From an uncultured Roseobacter sp. (GTDB lineage: Bacteria; Pseudomonadota; Alphaproteobacteria; Rhodobacterales; Rhodobacteraceae), in assembly GCF_947491795.1 (NCBI RefSeq), contig NZ_CANLKW010000007.1, forward strand, positions 1,915-65,914: a stretch of 64,000 bases of DNA, read 5' to 3'. Of the stretch, positions 10,652 to 20,791 are shown one piece after another. The notes beneath the pieces are model-generated. The model searched no databases, had not been told where the DNA came from, and worked only from the letters and a program-made list of their open reading frames with translations. How positions within the stretch are numbered: the stretch's first letter is position 1; each line of letters begins with the position of its first letter. Made by a program: the position numbers and the translations under genes.

Positions 10652-11956
10652 TCACTCGCTGCGAAGCGCTCGAGAAAAGTACATAGATAGCGGTTTCATG
10701 AGGTAGCTGATAGGTGACCGCTCATTTGTTTTGATGAAAGCTTCAACAGGCATTCCAGGTAAAAGTTCCTGGGCCCCTAGTTTGATCAGTTCCTTTTTGG
10801 GCAGTTCAACTTCGACTTGATAGTAAGAAGTTCCCGAAGTTTCGTCAGAGAAAACATCCGCTGATATTCTTGTGACTATTCCTTCAATTTCAGGAGATGT
10901 TTTGAGGTCCAGTGAAGGGAGCCTCACGGTTGCAGTTTGGCCCACGTAAACTTGATCGATGTGCAAGGGTTCAACCTTTGTTGAAGCAATCAGAGGTTGA
11001 TCTTGTGGGACTATATACAAAATAGGTTCTGCCGGTGAAACGACGGACTGCAGAGCGTGAATTTTCGATCCATAAATAATTCCACTTACGGGTGCTCTCA
11101 CCACCATATTGGACAGGGTAAAGGTGGAGTTGAGCAACCGTTGTTTGAGCTCTGCCTCATGAACCTGAAGGTCTCGTAAGGCAGAAATTGCTTCCTCCCT
11201 CATGCTACTGGACAGTGAGATTTTTTCAATTCTAAAATTGGCAATTTCGCCGTAGTATTGAGCGATAAGAGATGTCGTATTACCCAGTTCTCCGGTTAAT
11301 CGTGCAAGTTCTCGTTTTAATGATGACACCCGCGAAGCAGGGGAAAGACCCTTCTCGAAAAGAACCGTGGCATCTCGGAGTTCTTCTCTGATCAGTTCTT
11401 CTTGAGTTCTTAAGGATGCCAGTTGTGCCTTCGCACCGGATATCTGGTTGAGCGTCTGCGAGATCTTTTCATCAATTTGCTCGGAGCGTCTCTTCAGAGA
11501 AACTGCGCGGGCACTAAAAAGCCGTGCCTGTCCGTTTACGAGTAACTGTACGGTTGGCTCTTGGTGGATCAAAGCCTCCAACTCATCTGAGATAGAAAAC
11601 CGGGAACCGCCATCGCGCTCTGTCTCTAGTCTAACCTTCCGTGCCAGAATCTCATAGAGCTGGCTCTTAAAAATGGCAACTTCTGATCGCACTTGCGTGT
11701 CGTCAAACTCCAGTAAAGTATCTCCAGGGTTTACTGTGACTCCATCCTTTACATAAAGTTTTTTTACTACCCCACCCTGCGGATGTTGAATTACCTGTCG
11801 GTTGGATTCCACCTGAATTGTACCCCAAGCAATAACAGCGCCTGAAATATTGGAATGCATGCCCCATAACAGAGAGGCTGAAAGCAGTAGGAACGTGGTC
11901 GTAAATCCTATAACTAGGGGAATTCTTACAGACCAGTTTTGTTCTTTTTCCATCAT
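10652..11956 (-). CDS. prtE: Type I secretion membrane fusion protein (HlyD/PrtE family)
   Basis: N-terminal TM, IQHPQGGVV, coiled coil, VRAPVSG, LLPGMPVEAFIKTNERSPISYLMKP. Confidence 0.93.
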   Translation of the reverse strand: MMEKEQNWSVRIPLVIGFTTTFLLLSASLLWGMHSNISGAVIAWGTIQVESNRQVIQHPQGGVVKKLYVKDGVTVNPGDTLLEFDDTQVRSEVAIFKSQLYEILARKVRLETERDGGSRFSISDELEALIHQEPTVQLLVNGQARLFSARAVSLKRRSEQIDEKISQTLNQISGAKAQLASLRTQEELIREELRDATVLFEKGLSPASRVSSLKRELARLTGELGNTTSLIAQYYGEIANFRIEKISLSSSMREEAISALRDLQVHEAELKQRLLNSTFTLSNMVVRAPVSGIIYGSKIHALQSVVSPAEPILYIVPQDQPLIASTKVEPLHIDQVYVGQTATVRLPSLDLKTSPEIEGIVTRISADVFSDETSGTSYYQVEVELPKKELIKLGAQELLPGMPVEAFIKTNERSPISYLMKPLSMYFSRALRSE

Positions 11957-13692
11957 TATGCCTGAGCCTGTATGTTCTGAGGAGCTAAAGAGGTTTTGTC
12001 TTTCCTATTGCATGCAGTTTCCAGTATCTGAGCTTGTGGGCCGTTCGCGATGACTCGTCCTCCATCGATGACAAGCAATCGATCACATTCTGCAAGCGCG
12101 TTAGTTCTGTGTGTCATTAGAATCACCGACTGCTTTCTTTTCTTGGCCGTTCTGATTGCTTGTTTCAGTGCTTCCGACCCGTCGCTGTCTAGAGCGGAAT
12201 TCGGTTCGTCTAGAACCAGCAACACTGGATCTCCATATAGTGCGCGTGCTAAGGCGACGCGCTGTTTCTGGCCCCCGGACAAATATCCAGCGCTGCCGTT
12301 TACGACTGTGTCATACCCATCGGGTAGTGATAGAATCATATCGTGAGCATTCGCTTTTTTGGCTGCTTCAATGATTTCGGAGGATACAGAGTGCGGCAAG
12401 AAGCGAGATATATTCTCAGCAATTGAGCCGGAGTAGAGTTCAACATCTTGAGGTAGATAGCCAATGTATCTACCAACATCTTCCGAACCATACTGTGACA
12501 GCGTGGCGCCGCCCAGCCGTATTTCACCTAAAGTTATCGGAAGAGTTCCTAGCATCGCCTTTGCTAATGTACTCTTTCCTGAACCGCTCTTCCCAATGAC
12601 ACCCAGTACTTCACCTTCCTTCAATTCAAAGGAAATATTTGACAAAATTGGTTTTTGGGTTGTGGGAGCTCTGGCTGTAACACCGGTAACCTTCAAATTT
12701 GCGTTTGGACGGGGAAGCTTGACCGGCTCAACTATTTCCGGAAAGCTTGACAGAAGAGCTTTCAGTTCTTGCCAAGACTCTCGAGCCTGCTGGACTACGT
12801 TCCACTGGCTCAGCGTCTGCTGCATCGGAGCAAGTGCCCGTCCCACCAAAATAGAGCTTGCTATCATAGCACCGGCTGACAGTTCGTTGTGCAATGCCAA
12901 GTAGGCACCTGTTGCAAGCATTGCGGATTGAAAAAACAGTGTGAACGACTTGGTTGCTGAAGAGAAGAAGCCGCTCCAATCGCCGGATTGGACAGTCAAA
13001 CTTTCAGCTTTGTCCCTGGCCGAGAGCCATCTTCTTGCGATCGACTTGTTCATTCCCTGCGCAAGAATATAGTCGGCTGAATCACGCGCTTGGTCAGCGA
13101 AGCCTTGAGCAATCACCCCATGCTTTTGAGCTTCTATTCGCGTGCGCTGGGACAAACCATTATTGAGAATCGTTGCAAGCATCAAAGCAATGCACCCTGC
13201 AATTGCAAGCCAGCCCAATAGTGGATGAAAAACAAAAATAATCATCAGAAAGAGTGGCGTCCAAAGTACATCAAAAATCGAAATCACTACCTGTGAAGAG
13301 AACAATGCTCGAACGTTTTCAAGATCTTTAAGCGCGCGCGATGGACGGAGGTCCACCGGGAGCTTAGAGGCGCGGTCAACCATTGCCAAAAACACCCGCT
13401 CTTTGAACATTGAGAACAGACGGCAGCCAAACCGTGTTACTAAATGCGCCCTTACGCAGTTCAAAACTGCCATGCAGGCATAAAGAATGGTCACAAGCAG
13501 AAACAACGTGAGCAGGGTTTCTTGTGACCTAGATCCCAGTACACGGTCGTATACCTGGAGCATGAACAAAGGTCCGGTCAGCATCAGTAAGTTACTGAAC
13601 ACACTGAAAAAAAATGCAGCAGCAAGCAACCAAATGTTTGCTTCGAGCGCTGTACCAAGTTCTGATCTTGCACTGATTTTGGAAATTCTCAT
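11956..13692 (-). CDS. prtD: Type I secretion ABC permease/ATPase (PrtD family)
   Basis: NLLMLTGPLFMLQVYDRVL, Walker A GKSGSGKS, LSGGQKQR, LVLDEPNS. Confidence 0.95.
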   Translation of the reverse strand: MRISKISARSELGTALEANIWLLAAAFFFSVFSNLLMLTGPLFMLQVYDRVLGSRSQETLLTLFLLVTILYACMAVLNCVRAHLVTRFGCRLFSMFKERVFLAMVDRASKLPVDLRPSRALKDLENVRALFSSQVVISIFDVLWTPLFLMIIFVFHPLLGWLAIAGCIALMLATILNNGLSQRTRIEAQKHGVIAQGFADQARDSADYILAQGMNKSIARRWLSARDKAESLTVQSGDWSGFFSSATKSFTLFFQSAMLATGAYLALHNELSAGAMIASSILVGRALAPMQQTLSQWNVVQQARESWQELKALLSSFPEIVEPVKLPRPNANLKVTGVTARAPTTQKPILSNISFELKEGEVLGVIGKSGSGKSTLAKAMLGTLPITLGEIRLGGATLSQYGSEDVGRYIGYLPQDVELYSGSIAENISRFLPHSVSSEIIEAAKKANAHDMILSLPDGYDTVVNGSAGYLSGGQKQRVALARALYGDPVLLVLDEPNSALDSDGSEALKQAIRTAKKRKQSVILMTHRTNALAECDRLLVIDGGRVIANGPQAQILETACNRKDKTSLAPQNIQAQA

Positions 13693-13959
13693 GTCGGAGT
13701 TAGAACCCAGCCGGTTGCTTCGATCTTGCTGAAGTGTCTTTCACAAACTTAAATTCATAGTTAATTCTTCCGTCAATTTCTGTCTAAATTGGGCTTTCCT
13801 TCGATCGGTAGGGCGACAGTGTGACTGGAGGTCTCTAGACTCGTCTGTTCTGCACCAGGACCGCACTGACGGTTGTTCGAAATCGACACTGGTGCAAACA
13901 GGGAGATCGTCTGAGGGCAAAGAATAAGTTTGACTATAGGAATTTGCTGCTGCCAATCT

Positions 13960-14116
13960 GGAAGCGCGTAAAACCAAGGCGCGCCGACTACAATCACAAC
14001 CGGCCTCACTCCAGCCTCGCTGGCATGACGCCATACGAATATGTTAACCGGTCAAATGGAGGCCAAAACCTGCACAGAGCTAACCTATGTACGCGGACTC
14101 CAAGGGGATCAGGTCA
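13960..14116 (+). pseudogene. IS3-family 3' end remnant
   Basis: RADYNHNRPHSSLAGMTPYEY followed by terminal GGGGATCAGGTCA. Confidence 0.75.
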
Positions 14117-14221
14117 CCCTGTGTCCAAAAATTGACAGTTTCTTGTCCAATACTTTGGCTAAACCCGACGAAGGAAGTCGTGCGGCACAAACACAACTCT
14201 GTTCGCGCGAAAGCTAATATC

Positions 14222-14237
14222 TTTACAGTTTTTTAAC
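14222..14237 (+). promoter_or_regulatory. CtrA-like box (TTTA-N7-TTAAC)
   Basis: TTTAcagttttTTAACC about 47 bp upstream of small ORF 14284; same variant as at 1267. Confidence 0.45.
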
Positions 14238-14283
14238 CAATTCTCGTCCACGGTTTTTGGTAGACTATGAACGAGGAAGATGA

Positions 14284-14457
14284 ATGCAAGAAGATAATTG
14301 GCTGCTCTCTGCCCTGTCCGACTTAAGAGCATATTCGGAAGATAGTAATTTACCAAATCTGGTTGTTGGATTACAGCACGTCATTGCAACCTATGCTGAA
14401 GAAGCATCGCTATCTTCTGATGAGGCGAAACAGCTATTGAAAACACTGAGTTCTTGA
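14284..14457 (+). CDS. Small protein, 57 aa (below ORF-track cutoff), resembling the Roseobacter 'DWILDVLADL' small-protein family
   Basis: MQEDNWLLSALSDLRAYSEDSNLPNLVVGLQHVIATYAEEASLSSDEAKQLLKTLSS; GAGGAAG RBS. Confidence 0.6.
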   Translation: MQEDNWLLSALSDLRAYSEDSNLPNLVVGLQHVIATYAEEASLSSDEAKQLLKTLSS

Positions 14458-14484
14458 GAAACTACAGTGGTCAAGTTTCCTTAA

Positions 14485-14927
14485 GCTCAGGTCCCAAAAA
14501 TTGGTTTAATGTTGAACTACTGGCATGGTCCAGAGCTCTCAAAGTCTGGGGAGTTTATGAGTAATCTTTATTGGCTGACAGAGGCGCAGACGATGCGTCT
14601 TCGGCCGTTTTCCAAGAGGCCTTAGGTGTACAAGAGTTGATGACCGGCGTGTTCTGATGGATAATTTCTTTTTTAATCACAATGGTTTACGTTCGCGATG
14701 CGCCTGCCGCCTATGGTTCGTCAAATACTTTGTATAGCCGTTGGAAGCGCTGGAGTAACTTAGGAGTATTTGCTGCGATCATGAAAAATCTGGCAGGGGA
14801 AACCCGACAATAATTCCATATCGATTGACGCGAACTACCTGAAAGTACATCGCAAGGCTTCAAGTCCGAGGGTGAAAAAGGGGGCGTGGACGCTTGATCG
14901 GACAAACGAAAGGGGCAGAATACCAAG
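14485..14927 (+). pseudogene. IS5-family (IS427-group-like) transposase 5' remnant
   Basis: MSNLYWLTEAQ..RVDDRRVL..RDAPAAYG..TLYSRWKRWS..IDANYLKVHRKASS with frameshifts; cut by IS3 at 14928. Confidence 0.8.
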
Positions 14928-16176
14928 TGACCCAGTCCCCTGAAATTAGGCCACTGAGGTGCTAGTAATCCGTCCAAGCAAAGGATGGACTACGAAACGC
15001 AGATTTAGCGACGAACAGATCATTGGGATGATCAAGGAGTACGAGGCTGGTGTTAAGGCGCAGGAGCTGTGTCGGAAGTACGGGATCAGCGACGCTACAT
15101 TCTACAAATACAAAGCCAAATTTGGCGGGATGAATGTATCTGATGCGAAGAAGCTGCGGGCGCTTGAAGACGAGAACAATCGACTGAAGCGCATGTTGGC
15201 AGACGCGATGTTGGACAACGCCGCGCTGAAGGACCTCGCGACAAAAAAACTACTGACGCCTGATGTGAAGCGCAGGGCTGTGTTGGACGTGATGGACCGG
15301 CACAGCCTGTCGGAACGTCGGGCGTGTGAGCTGGCTGATCTTCACCGATTAGTCATTCAATATACGAAGCAGGATCAGGGCGATGAAGACCTGCGCAAGC
15401 GGCTGCGCGAACTGGAGAATGAGCGTCGCCGGTTCGGCTATCGTCGTTTGGGCATTCTACTGGCTAGGGAAGGCTTTGAAGTGAACCATAAGAAGCTGTT
15501 TCGGCTGTACCGTGAAGAAGGGCTGGCGGTGCGCCGCAGACGGTCGCGCAGGCCTATTCTGGTGCCGGATCGCGCCAATCAGCGCTGGTCGCTGGACTTC
15601 GTGTCTGACGCTTTTGAGGATGGCCAGCGGTTCCGGGTGTTGTGCATCGTGGATGACTGCACGCGAGAAGCACTGGAGACGGTCGTGGATCGCTCATTGT
15701 CAGGCACAGGGATGACCCGCGAGCTGGATGATCTCATCCGACGACGTGGCCAGCCGGACATGATTGTCAGTGATAATGGGACGAAAATGACATCCCATGC
15801 GGTACTGCGATGGTGCTAGGATACCGGCGTTGGCTGGCATTACATCCTACCGGGAAAGCCGATGCAGAACGCGTTTGTGGTGTCGTTCAACGGTAGGCTC
15901 AGGGACGAATGCTTGAATGAACACGTCTTCGGCAATCTCACCGAAGCCCGGAAGGTCATCGAAAACTGGAGGATCGACTACAACACACAAAGACCACACA
16001 CACATCGCTTTGCGGGCTAGGATCAGCCGTTTATGCCAATCTCAACCTTGCCATCCGGCCTGCTTCGCCTGAGCTACGCGAAGGCTCCGCTCAGCAGGCC
16101 TTGACCGCGACCATATCAACAGGAAGAAACACGAACGGATTCTACACCTGAGCGGCACGAAAACGCGACAGGTCCA
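14928..16176 (+). mobile_element. Degenerate IS3-family element related to the 2134-3401 copy, opposite orientation
   Basis: Near-identical OrfA/OrfB peptide, lost start (ACG), in-frame TAG at 15817-15819, decayed IRs. Confidence 0.9.
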
Positions 16177-16188
16177 GTTCCAACACAT

Positions 16189-16374
16189 TTACTCTTCGAG
16201 ACATTCGAACTCTTGGTCTATCGAGTGCGGCTTGTCTTCAGTCTGGGAGCTACTCAAGACTCCTTGCATCTGCTCTATCACTTTTCTCATCGCTATAGCT
16301 GTATTGGCAAATCCTTGCAGTTGTGCTTCCTCCAACACGGAATAGGCATGCGATAACGCTTCTTGACTATTCAT
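16189..16374 (-). CDS. Small hypothetical protein, 61 aa
   Basis: Strong GGAGGT RBS; amphipathic helical sequence; GGTTAAC half-site upstream. Confidence 0.55.
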   Translation of the reverse strand: MNSQEALSHAYSVLEEAQLQGFANTAIAMRKVIEQMQGVLSSSQTEDKPHSIDQEFECLEE

Positions 16375-16733
16375 TTAGGAATACCTCCCCATAAGGTGGA
16401 TCTCAAAAGGTGGTTAACTGATAGGCAATGAATACTAATAAAACGTAAATCTACTGGTCAGTAGAACAAAAAACACTCTGGATGGGGTGTTCACACGAAT
16501 AAAACTAGCCGCTAGGTTTGTAGTGAGGATTATGTCGACACTTTGTATGAGCTCATTTCGAACGACCACGTGCACAGATATGTGCTGCTGCCGCCACAGT
16601 TTGCGTACTCCGAGCTGGTACGCACAATGAAAGTTGCTTCTCCGGCATTGTTCAAAGTGAATTCTGACAATTTCACAGCTTTTGTTGCAGGCAGTACGGA
16701 AGAGAAAAAAGTCGAAAAAACTTGTAAGGTCCT

Positions 16734-17810
16734 TCATCGCCGCCCCAACCTTCCAAGTCTTGCAAGTTGCGCCAGCATTTGAGACCCGGCCCCCGGTGAC
16801 CCAGTGCCGCTTGCCTGACCTGTCTGTCCCATGCCTTGCCGCACTGGCATCTGCTGCACACCAAAAAACTGCCGCGCCCTGAGGGCTGCGTATTCGGCGC
16901 CACTGGCACCGCCGATCAGATAGCGGTTGTAGGCCTGCTGGCTGCCCATGGCGGCACGGGCGAAGTTGTAACCACCACCTAGACCACCCGAGAGGGCGGG
17001 CATCATGATGTTGCCGGAGATCGCGCGGACGATGAATGGCGTTGCGATGATGAAGCCCTTGGCCATGAGCACCATCATGAAGAAGGGGATGAGCGCGCCA
17101 ATGTTGGAAGCGCCTTCCGGATCGCCCAGTTCGCCGATCAGGGCTGATGATACCCCGGTGATCGTGGCGAACACGCCGGCGACAACGATGGGGTAGAGCG
17201 CAAAGGAAACCAGTGCTGAAAGCCATCGCGCGAAGTAATCCTTGGTCACTTCGAAGAGGGTCAGGAAAATCATGACTGGAGCGATCCCGATCAGAAGTGC
17301 GATCATCAAACGCGAGGCCACGAGTATGAAGGCTGCGAGTCCGCCGAGAATCGAGAGCAAGAGGACCCCGACAATGTCGAGCATGGCGCCGGCCATCCAG
17401 TTCAACTCGGAACCAGCGGCGTTCAAATAGTCCCCCAACTCGGCGATCAACCGGTCGAATTCTTCCGCGAACGTGCCAGAGGGCCCCGGGGTACCGCCAC
17501 CGACCGAGGCGACAAGCGCACCCGCAATGCTGTCGATCCCGGCAAGGATAGCGGCGGAAAGCGCGTTGAACTGTACCCAGTTGGTAGAGAATATCCCGAT
17601 CAGTCCGATCTTGACCGCGAGCCAGAAGGCCGTGCGGCCATCCATCGCTTTGTACTGGTAGATCATGTTCAGGAAGACGAGGATCACCACGAGCGTCGTG
17701 CCCAAAACCAGAAGCGTGCCGACCGTTGCCGCGACCGATCCGAACTGGGTTTCTGCGGCGGTGTCGAGATAGCCCTGGGAGGTTTCAACGAAATAGGTGA
17801 CGACGCTCAT
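16734..17810 (-). CDS. virB6: T4SS inner membrane protein VirB6/TrbL
   Basis: Polytopic hydrophobic protein, LLIGIAPVMIFLTLFEVTKDYFARWL motif, last gene of virB cluster. Confidence 0.9.
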   Translation of the reverse strand: MSVVTYFVETSQGYLDTAAETQFGSVAATVGTLLVLGTTLVVILVFLNMIYQYKAMDGRTAFWLAVKIGLIGIFSTNWVQFNALSAAILAGIDSIAGALVASVGGGTPGPSGTFAEEFDRLIAELGDYLNAAGSELNWMAGAMLDIVGVLLLSILGGLAAFILVASRLMIALLIGIAPVMIFLTLFEVTKDYFARWLSALVSFALYPIVVAGVFATITGVSSALIGELGDPEGASNIGALIPFFMMVLMAKGFIIATPFIVRAISGNIMMPALSGGLGGGYNFARAAMGSQQAYNRYLIGGASGAEYAALRARQFFGVQQMPVRQGMGQTGQASGTGSPGAGSQMLAQLARLGRLGRR

Positions 17811-17822
17811 CGCAGGGCTGCC

Positions 17823-18233
17823 TCACCAATTGCCCGCGGCTTCGCAGATGGCTTTGGCCTCAAGGCGAACTTCGTTGGCGCGCCGATTGTAGGCGTCGGA
17901 TGCTTCCAGCATTTCCCATCGTTCGTCACTCGCGTGGACCTCGCGAAACACCGCCTCGGCTGCGTCCCAAGATGGGAAGCGGGTCTCGCAATCGCAGCTA
18001 CCGCTCTCGACGACGCGCTCGAGGTTTTGGGCGCGGTAGATATCCTGGACCAGCACGCGCTGATAGGCTTGGCGCAGGGGGATCTCCTGCATCCAGACGG
18101 GCTCGGCGGCCCGGTCCGGACAGACGTTGAAGCTGCGACCGAGGGTCGGCACCAGATTGCGCTCGGCGAAGGCGGGGATAGCCAGTAGGCTCAGGGCCAT
18201 CGCGGCCAAGGCGAGGTGCTGCGCCTGTCTCAT
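17823..18233 (-). CDS. Exported T4SS-associated hypothetical protein
   Basis: Signal peptide, CDC motif, translationally coupled within virB operon. Confidence 0.75.
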   Translation of the reverse strand: MRQAQHLALAAMALSLLAIPAFAERNLVPTLGRSFNVCPDRAAEPVWMQEIPLRQAYQRVLVQDIYRAQNLERVVESGSCDCETRFPSWDAAEAVFREVHASDERWEMLEASDAYNRRANEVRLEAKAICEAAGNW

Positions 18234-18424
18234 GCCGTGGCTCCAGCAGGTGTGGTTTCGCGCTTCAGGAAAACGGTGTGCCCGATATTGGCGAACTCCG
18301 AGGAGCTGATTGACACCACCTCCCAGCCTTCGGCCCCCTTCGCGTTCAGGCTGGCCTGCATGTCGGCAAGACTCGTCTTGCGGGTCATGGGGAAACTGAG
18401 GATGTCATATTCAAAGGTCTTCAT
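18230..18424 (-). CDS. DUF4177-like small protein
   Basis: FEYDIL..LNAKGAEGWEVVS..FLKR signature. Confidence 0.8.
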   Translation of the reverse strand: MKTFEYDILSFPMTRKTSLADMQASLNAKGAEGWEVVSISSSEFANIGHTVFLKRETTPAGATA

Positions 18425-19407
18425 TGGGAAGCTCCAGTCTCATTAGCGCCGGGGAGGTAGAATTCGGTGATGCCGCGCCTACCGTCGTGGCGACCGGCCT
18501 GGATGATTACATCGATGGAATTCTCGATGTACTGGATCACGTCGGTGTAGGTCATCGGGATCTCGGTCTTGAGCGCCGCGATGGCGAGCCTCTGCACGGC
18601 AAGTTGAGGGGTTTCGGCGTGCAGCGTGGTCATGGACCCGCCATGACCGGTGTTGATCGCCTCGAGGAAGGTCATGGCCTCCTTGCCGCGTACCTCGCCG
18701 AGGATGATCCGGTCGGGGCGCATGCGGAGGGTTGCGGTGAGCAGCACATCGGCCGTCTGGAACTCCGAATCCCGATTGGCGATGAGGGTCACTGTATTTG
18801 GCTGGGTCGGCAGAAGCTCGGCGGCTTCCTCGATAGTGACGATGCGTTCCTCTGATGGCACGTGAGACAGGATCTTGCGCGCGGCGACAGTCTTGCCGGT
18901 GGAGGTACCACCCGAAACGATCATGTTGAGCTTGTTCTCGACGCAGAAGGCAAGGGCATCATCGATCACGCCCGCCGCCACCACTTCGCGCAGTTCCCGG
19001 GTTTTCTCGAGGCGGAGTTCTTCAAGCTTGCGTTCCTTGCCATAAAGGAAATCAAGCGCGATCCCGTCGAGCGGCAGGCTCGAGAAGAACCGCAGGCTGA
19101 TCGACATCGCCGAGAGCACAGCAGGTGGCGTGATGACCTGTGCCCGGATCGGGCGGCCCTTGTAGGTGATCGAGACCGAGACGATGGGGCGGTCCTTGCT
19201 CATCGTTGTGTTGGCGGAGGAGGCGATCTGGTTGCCGAGGTCCTTCACTTCTGTTGCGGTCAGCTTTTGATCCAGCTTCCGCATGAAGTGATCGCCCTGG
19301 AATTCTCCCCAGCAGCTGCCGTCGGGGTTGATGCAGATCTCGATGACATCGTCGCGGGCGGCGGCGTCGATCCGATCAAGCGAGGTTTGGAGATAGCTCA
19401 GCGACAT
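18421..19407 (-). CDS. virB11: T4SS ATPase VirB11
   Basis: SGGTSTGKT, RIVTIEE, LRMRPDRIILGEVRG, NTGHGGSMTTLHA. Confidence 0.96.
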   Translation of the reverse strand: MSLSYLQTSLDRIDAAARDDVIEICINPDGSCWGEFQGDHFMRKLDQKLTATEVKDLGNQIASSANTTMSKDRPIVSVSITYKGRPIRAQVITPPAVLSAMSISLRFFSSLPLDGIALDFLYGKERKLEELRLEKTRELREVVAAGVIDDALAFCVENKLNMIVSGGTSTGKTVAARKILSHVPSEERIVTIEEAAELLPTQPNTVTLIANRDSEFQTADVLLTATLRMRPDRIILGEVRGKEAMTFLEAINTGHGGSMTTLHAETPQLAVQRLAIAALKTEIPMTYTDVIQYIENSIDVIIQAGRHDGRRGITEFYLPGANETGASQ

Positions 19408-19411
19408 GGGC

Positions 19412-20791
19412 TCAGAATATCTCCAGATCGCGGTCGACCATCACCGTGACGCGGGCCCCCTGGTCGACATAGATGACCGGACCGATGGAGAGGTAATCGC
19501 CAATGACGCTGTCCGTGGCATCGGCAAGATCATCGCCCACGTCTTCGAGCACGTCCGCGGTGGTCTCATCCTGCACGTTTGCTGCAGTGGCGCTTGGAGC
19601 AGCCGATATTAGAGAAATCAGCGCCGCTGAGCCAAAGCGCTCATCAAAGCGGGTATCGACAAAACCTGTGACGCCGGAGCGGCCAAGTTCATCGCCCCCA
19701 AAGGAACTGATCTGGATAGTTTGATTGTCGGGCAGGATGATCCGGTCCCAGGCGATCGTAACGCGGTGCTGAGCGATATCGACGCCAGAACGATAACGTC
19801 CGATCAGGCGGGAACCACGCGGGATCAGAAGGCGGGAGCCATCGAAACTGAACACGTCTTCGGAAACGACGGCCTTGGTCTGCCCGGGCAGGGAGCTGTC
19901 GAGGGCGGTTTCCATGACGGCCTGGATCATCGTGCCCTGGGTGATGGTGTTGGACGGGTTGGCAATGACTTCGGCCTGCGTCACCGACGTGGGCAGCGCG
20001 CCGTTCAGCACGAAATCCGTCACCTCCCCAAAAGTCCGTTCGGTCAGTGCCGTCTCATTTGCGCCGGAGGTGCTGCCAAACGCGATGGTTGGCGAGGTGA
20101 TACGACGCTCCTGAAACGCCCGTTCCTCGGCCGCGCGGCGTTCAAGTTCCGCGAGCTGTCTTGCTTCCTCCTCGCGGCGGATCCGTTCTTCTTCCCGCGC
20201 GCGCAGCTCGTCCTCGGTGGGCCCCAAGGGCGCGGGAACAGGGCGATTGGCCTCGAGCTGCGCAAGTTCAAGGTCCATGCGGAGTTGCTCCAGCTCGCGG
20301 TCGCGCACCGTGAGTTCATCGCGAAACTGCTGCTGTGCGGATTCTGACGCGGCTTGAAGGGCCGCGATCTGGGCCGTCAGCGCATCGATGGCTTCGGCGG
20401 CAGCCGTGTCTTCCGCGACGACCGGTTCGGGCGCGTTGCGCAATTCCTCGATCTGGGCCTGAAGGGCGGCGAGTTGCGCCAAAAGCTCGGCGTTCGGTTC
20501 CACCGGTTCCGGTGCGACCAGAACGACTTCGGGCTCCGGTGGGGGGAGGGATTCGATAGCGCCAAACCCGTCACCTTCGTTTTGGAACACGTCCGGCGTG
20601 GCTGTGGGCAAGGCTTCTTCTTCCTCGGATTGGGACATGAAATAGAGCAATGCACCGCCCGCCCCGATCACGAGGACAACGACCAAAGCGAGCAGCGGCG
20701 AGCGTCGCGGGGCAGGGGGCGAACCTGCGCCTTTGCCTTGCTCGAGGGCGGCGAGACGTTTCTCGAGGTCCGCGTTTCCAGTATCGCTCAT
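19412..20791 (-). CDS. virB10: T4SS core protein VirB10/TrbI
   Basis: N-terminal TM, QGTMIQAVMETALDSSLPG, LLIPRGSRLIG, DELGRSG; start placed at MSDTGNAD. Confidence 0.94.
   Translation of the reverse strand: MSDTGNADLEKRLAALEQGKGAGSPPAPRRSPLLALVVVLVIGAGGALLYFMSQSEEEEALPTATPDVFQNEGDGFGAIESLPPPEPEVVLVAPEPVEPNAELLAQLAALQAQIEELRNAPEPVVAEDTAAAEAIDALTAQIAALQAASESAQQQFRDELTVRDRELEQLRMDLELAQLEANRPVPAPLGPTEDELRAREEERIRREEEARQLAELERRAAEERAFQERRITSPTIAFGSTSGANETALTERTFGEVTDFVLNGALPTSVTQAEVIANPSNTITQGTMIQAVMETALDSSLPGQTKAVVSEDVFSFDGSRLLIPRGSRLIGRYRSGVDIAQHRVTIAWDRIILPDNQTIQISSFGGDELGRSGVTGFVDTRFDERFGSAALISLISAAPSATAANVQDETTADVLEDVGDDLADATDSVIGDYLSIGPVIYVDQGARVTVMVDRDLEIF

Noticed and set aside
13749..13764. 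TTAA-N8-TTAA upstream of prtD (also TTAA-N9-TTAAC at 4780-4797)
   Set aside because: Spacing differs from the N7 CtrA consensus; counted only as half-sites
14959..15819. Apparent in-frame OrfAB fusion transposase that might be constitutively active
   Set aside because: Start codon mutated, internal deletion and premature TAG before the final catalytic Glu; a pseudogene
16435..16782. Short ORFs between the small gene and the virB6 end
   Set aside because: No RBS or motif support; they overlap the virB6 3' end
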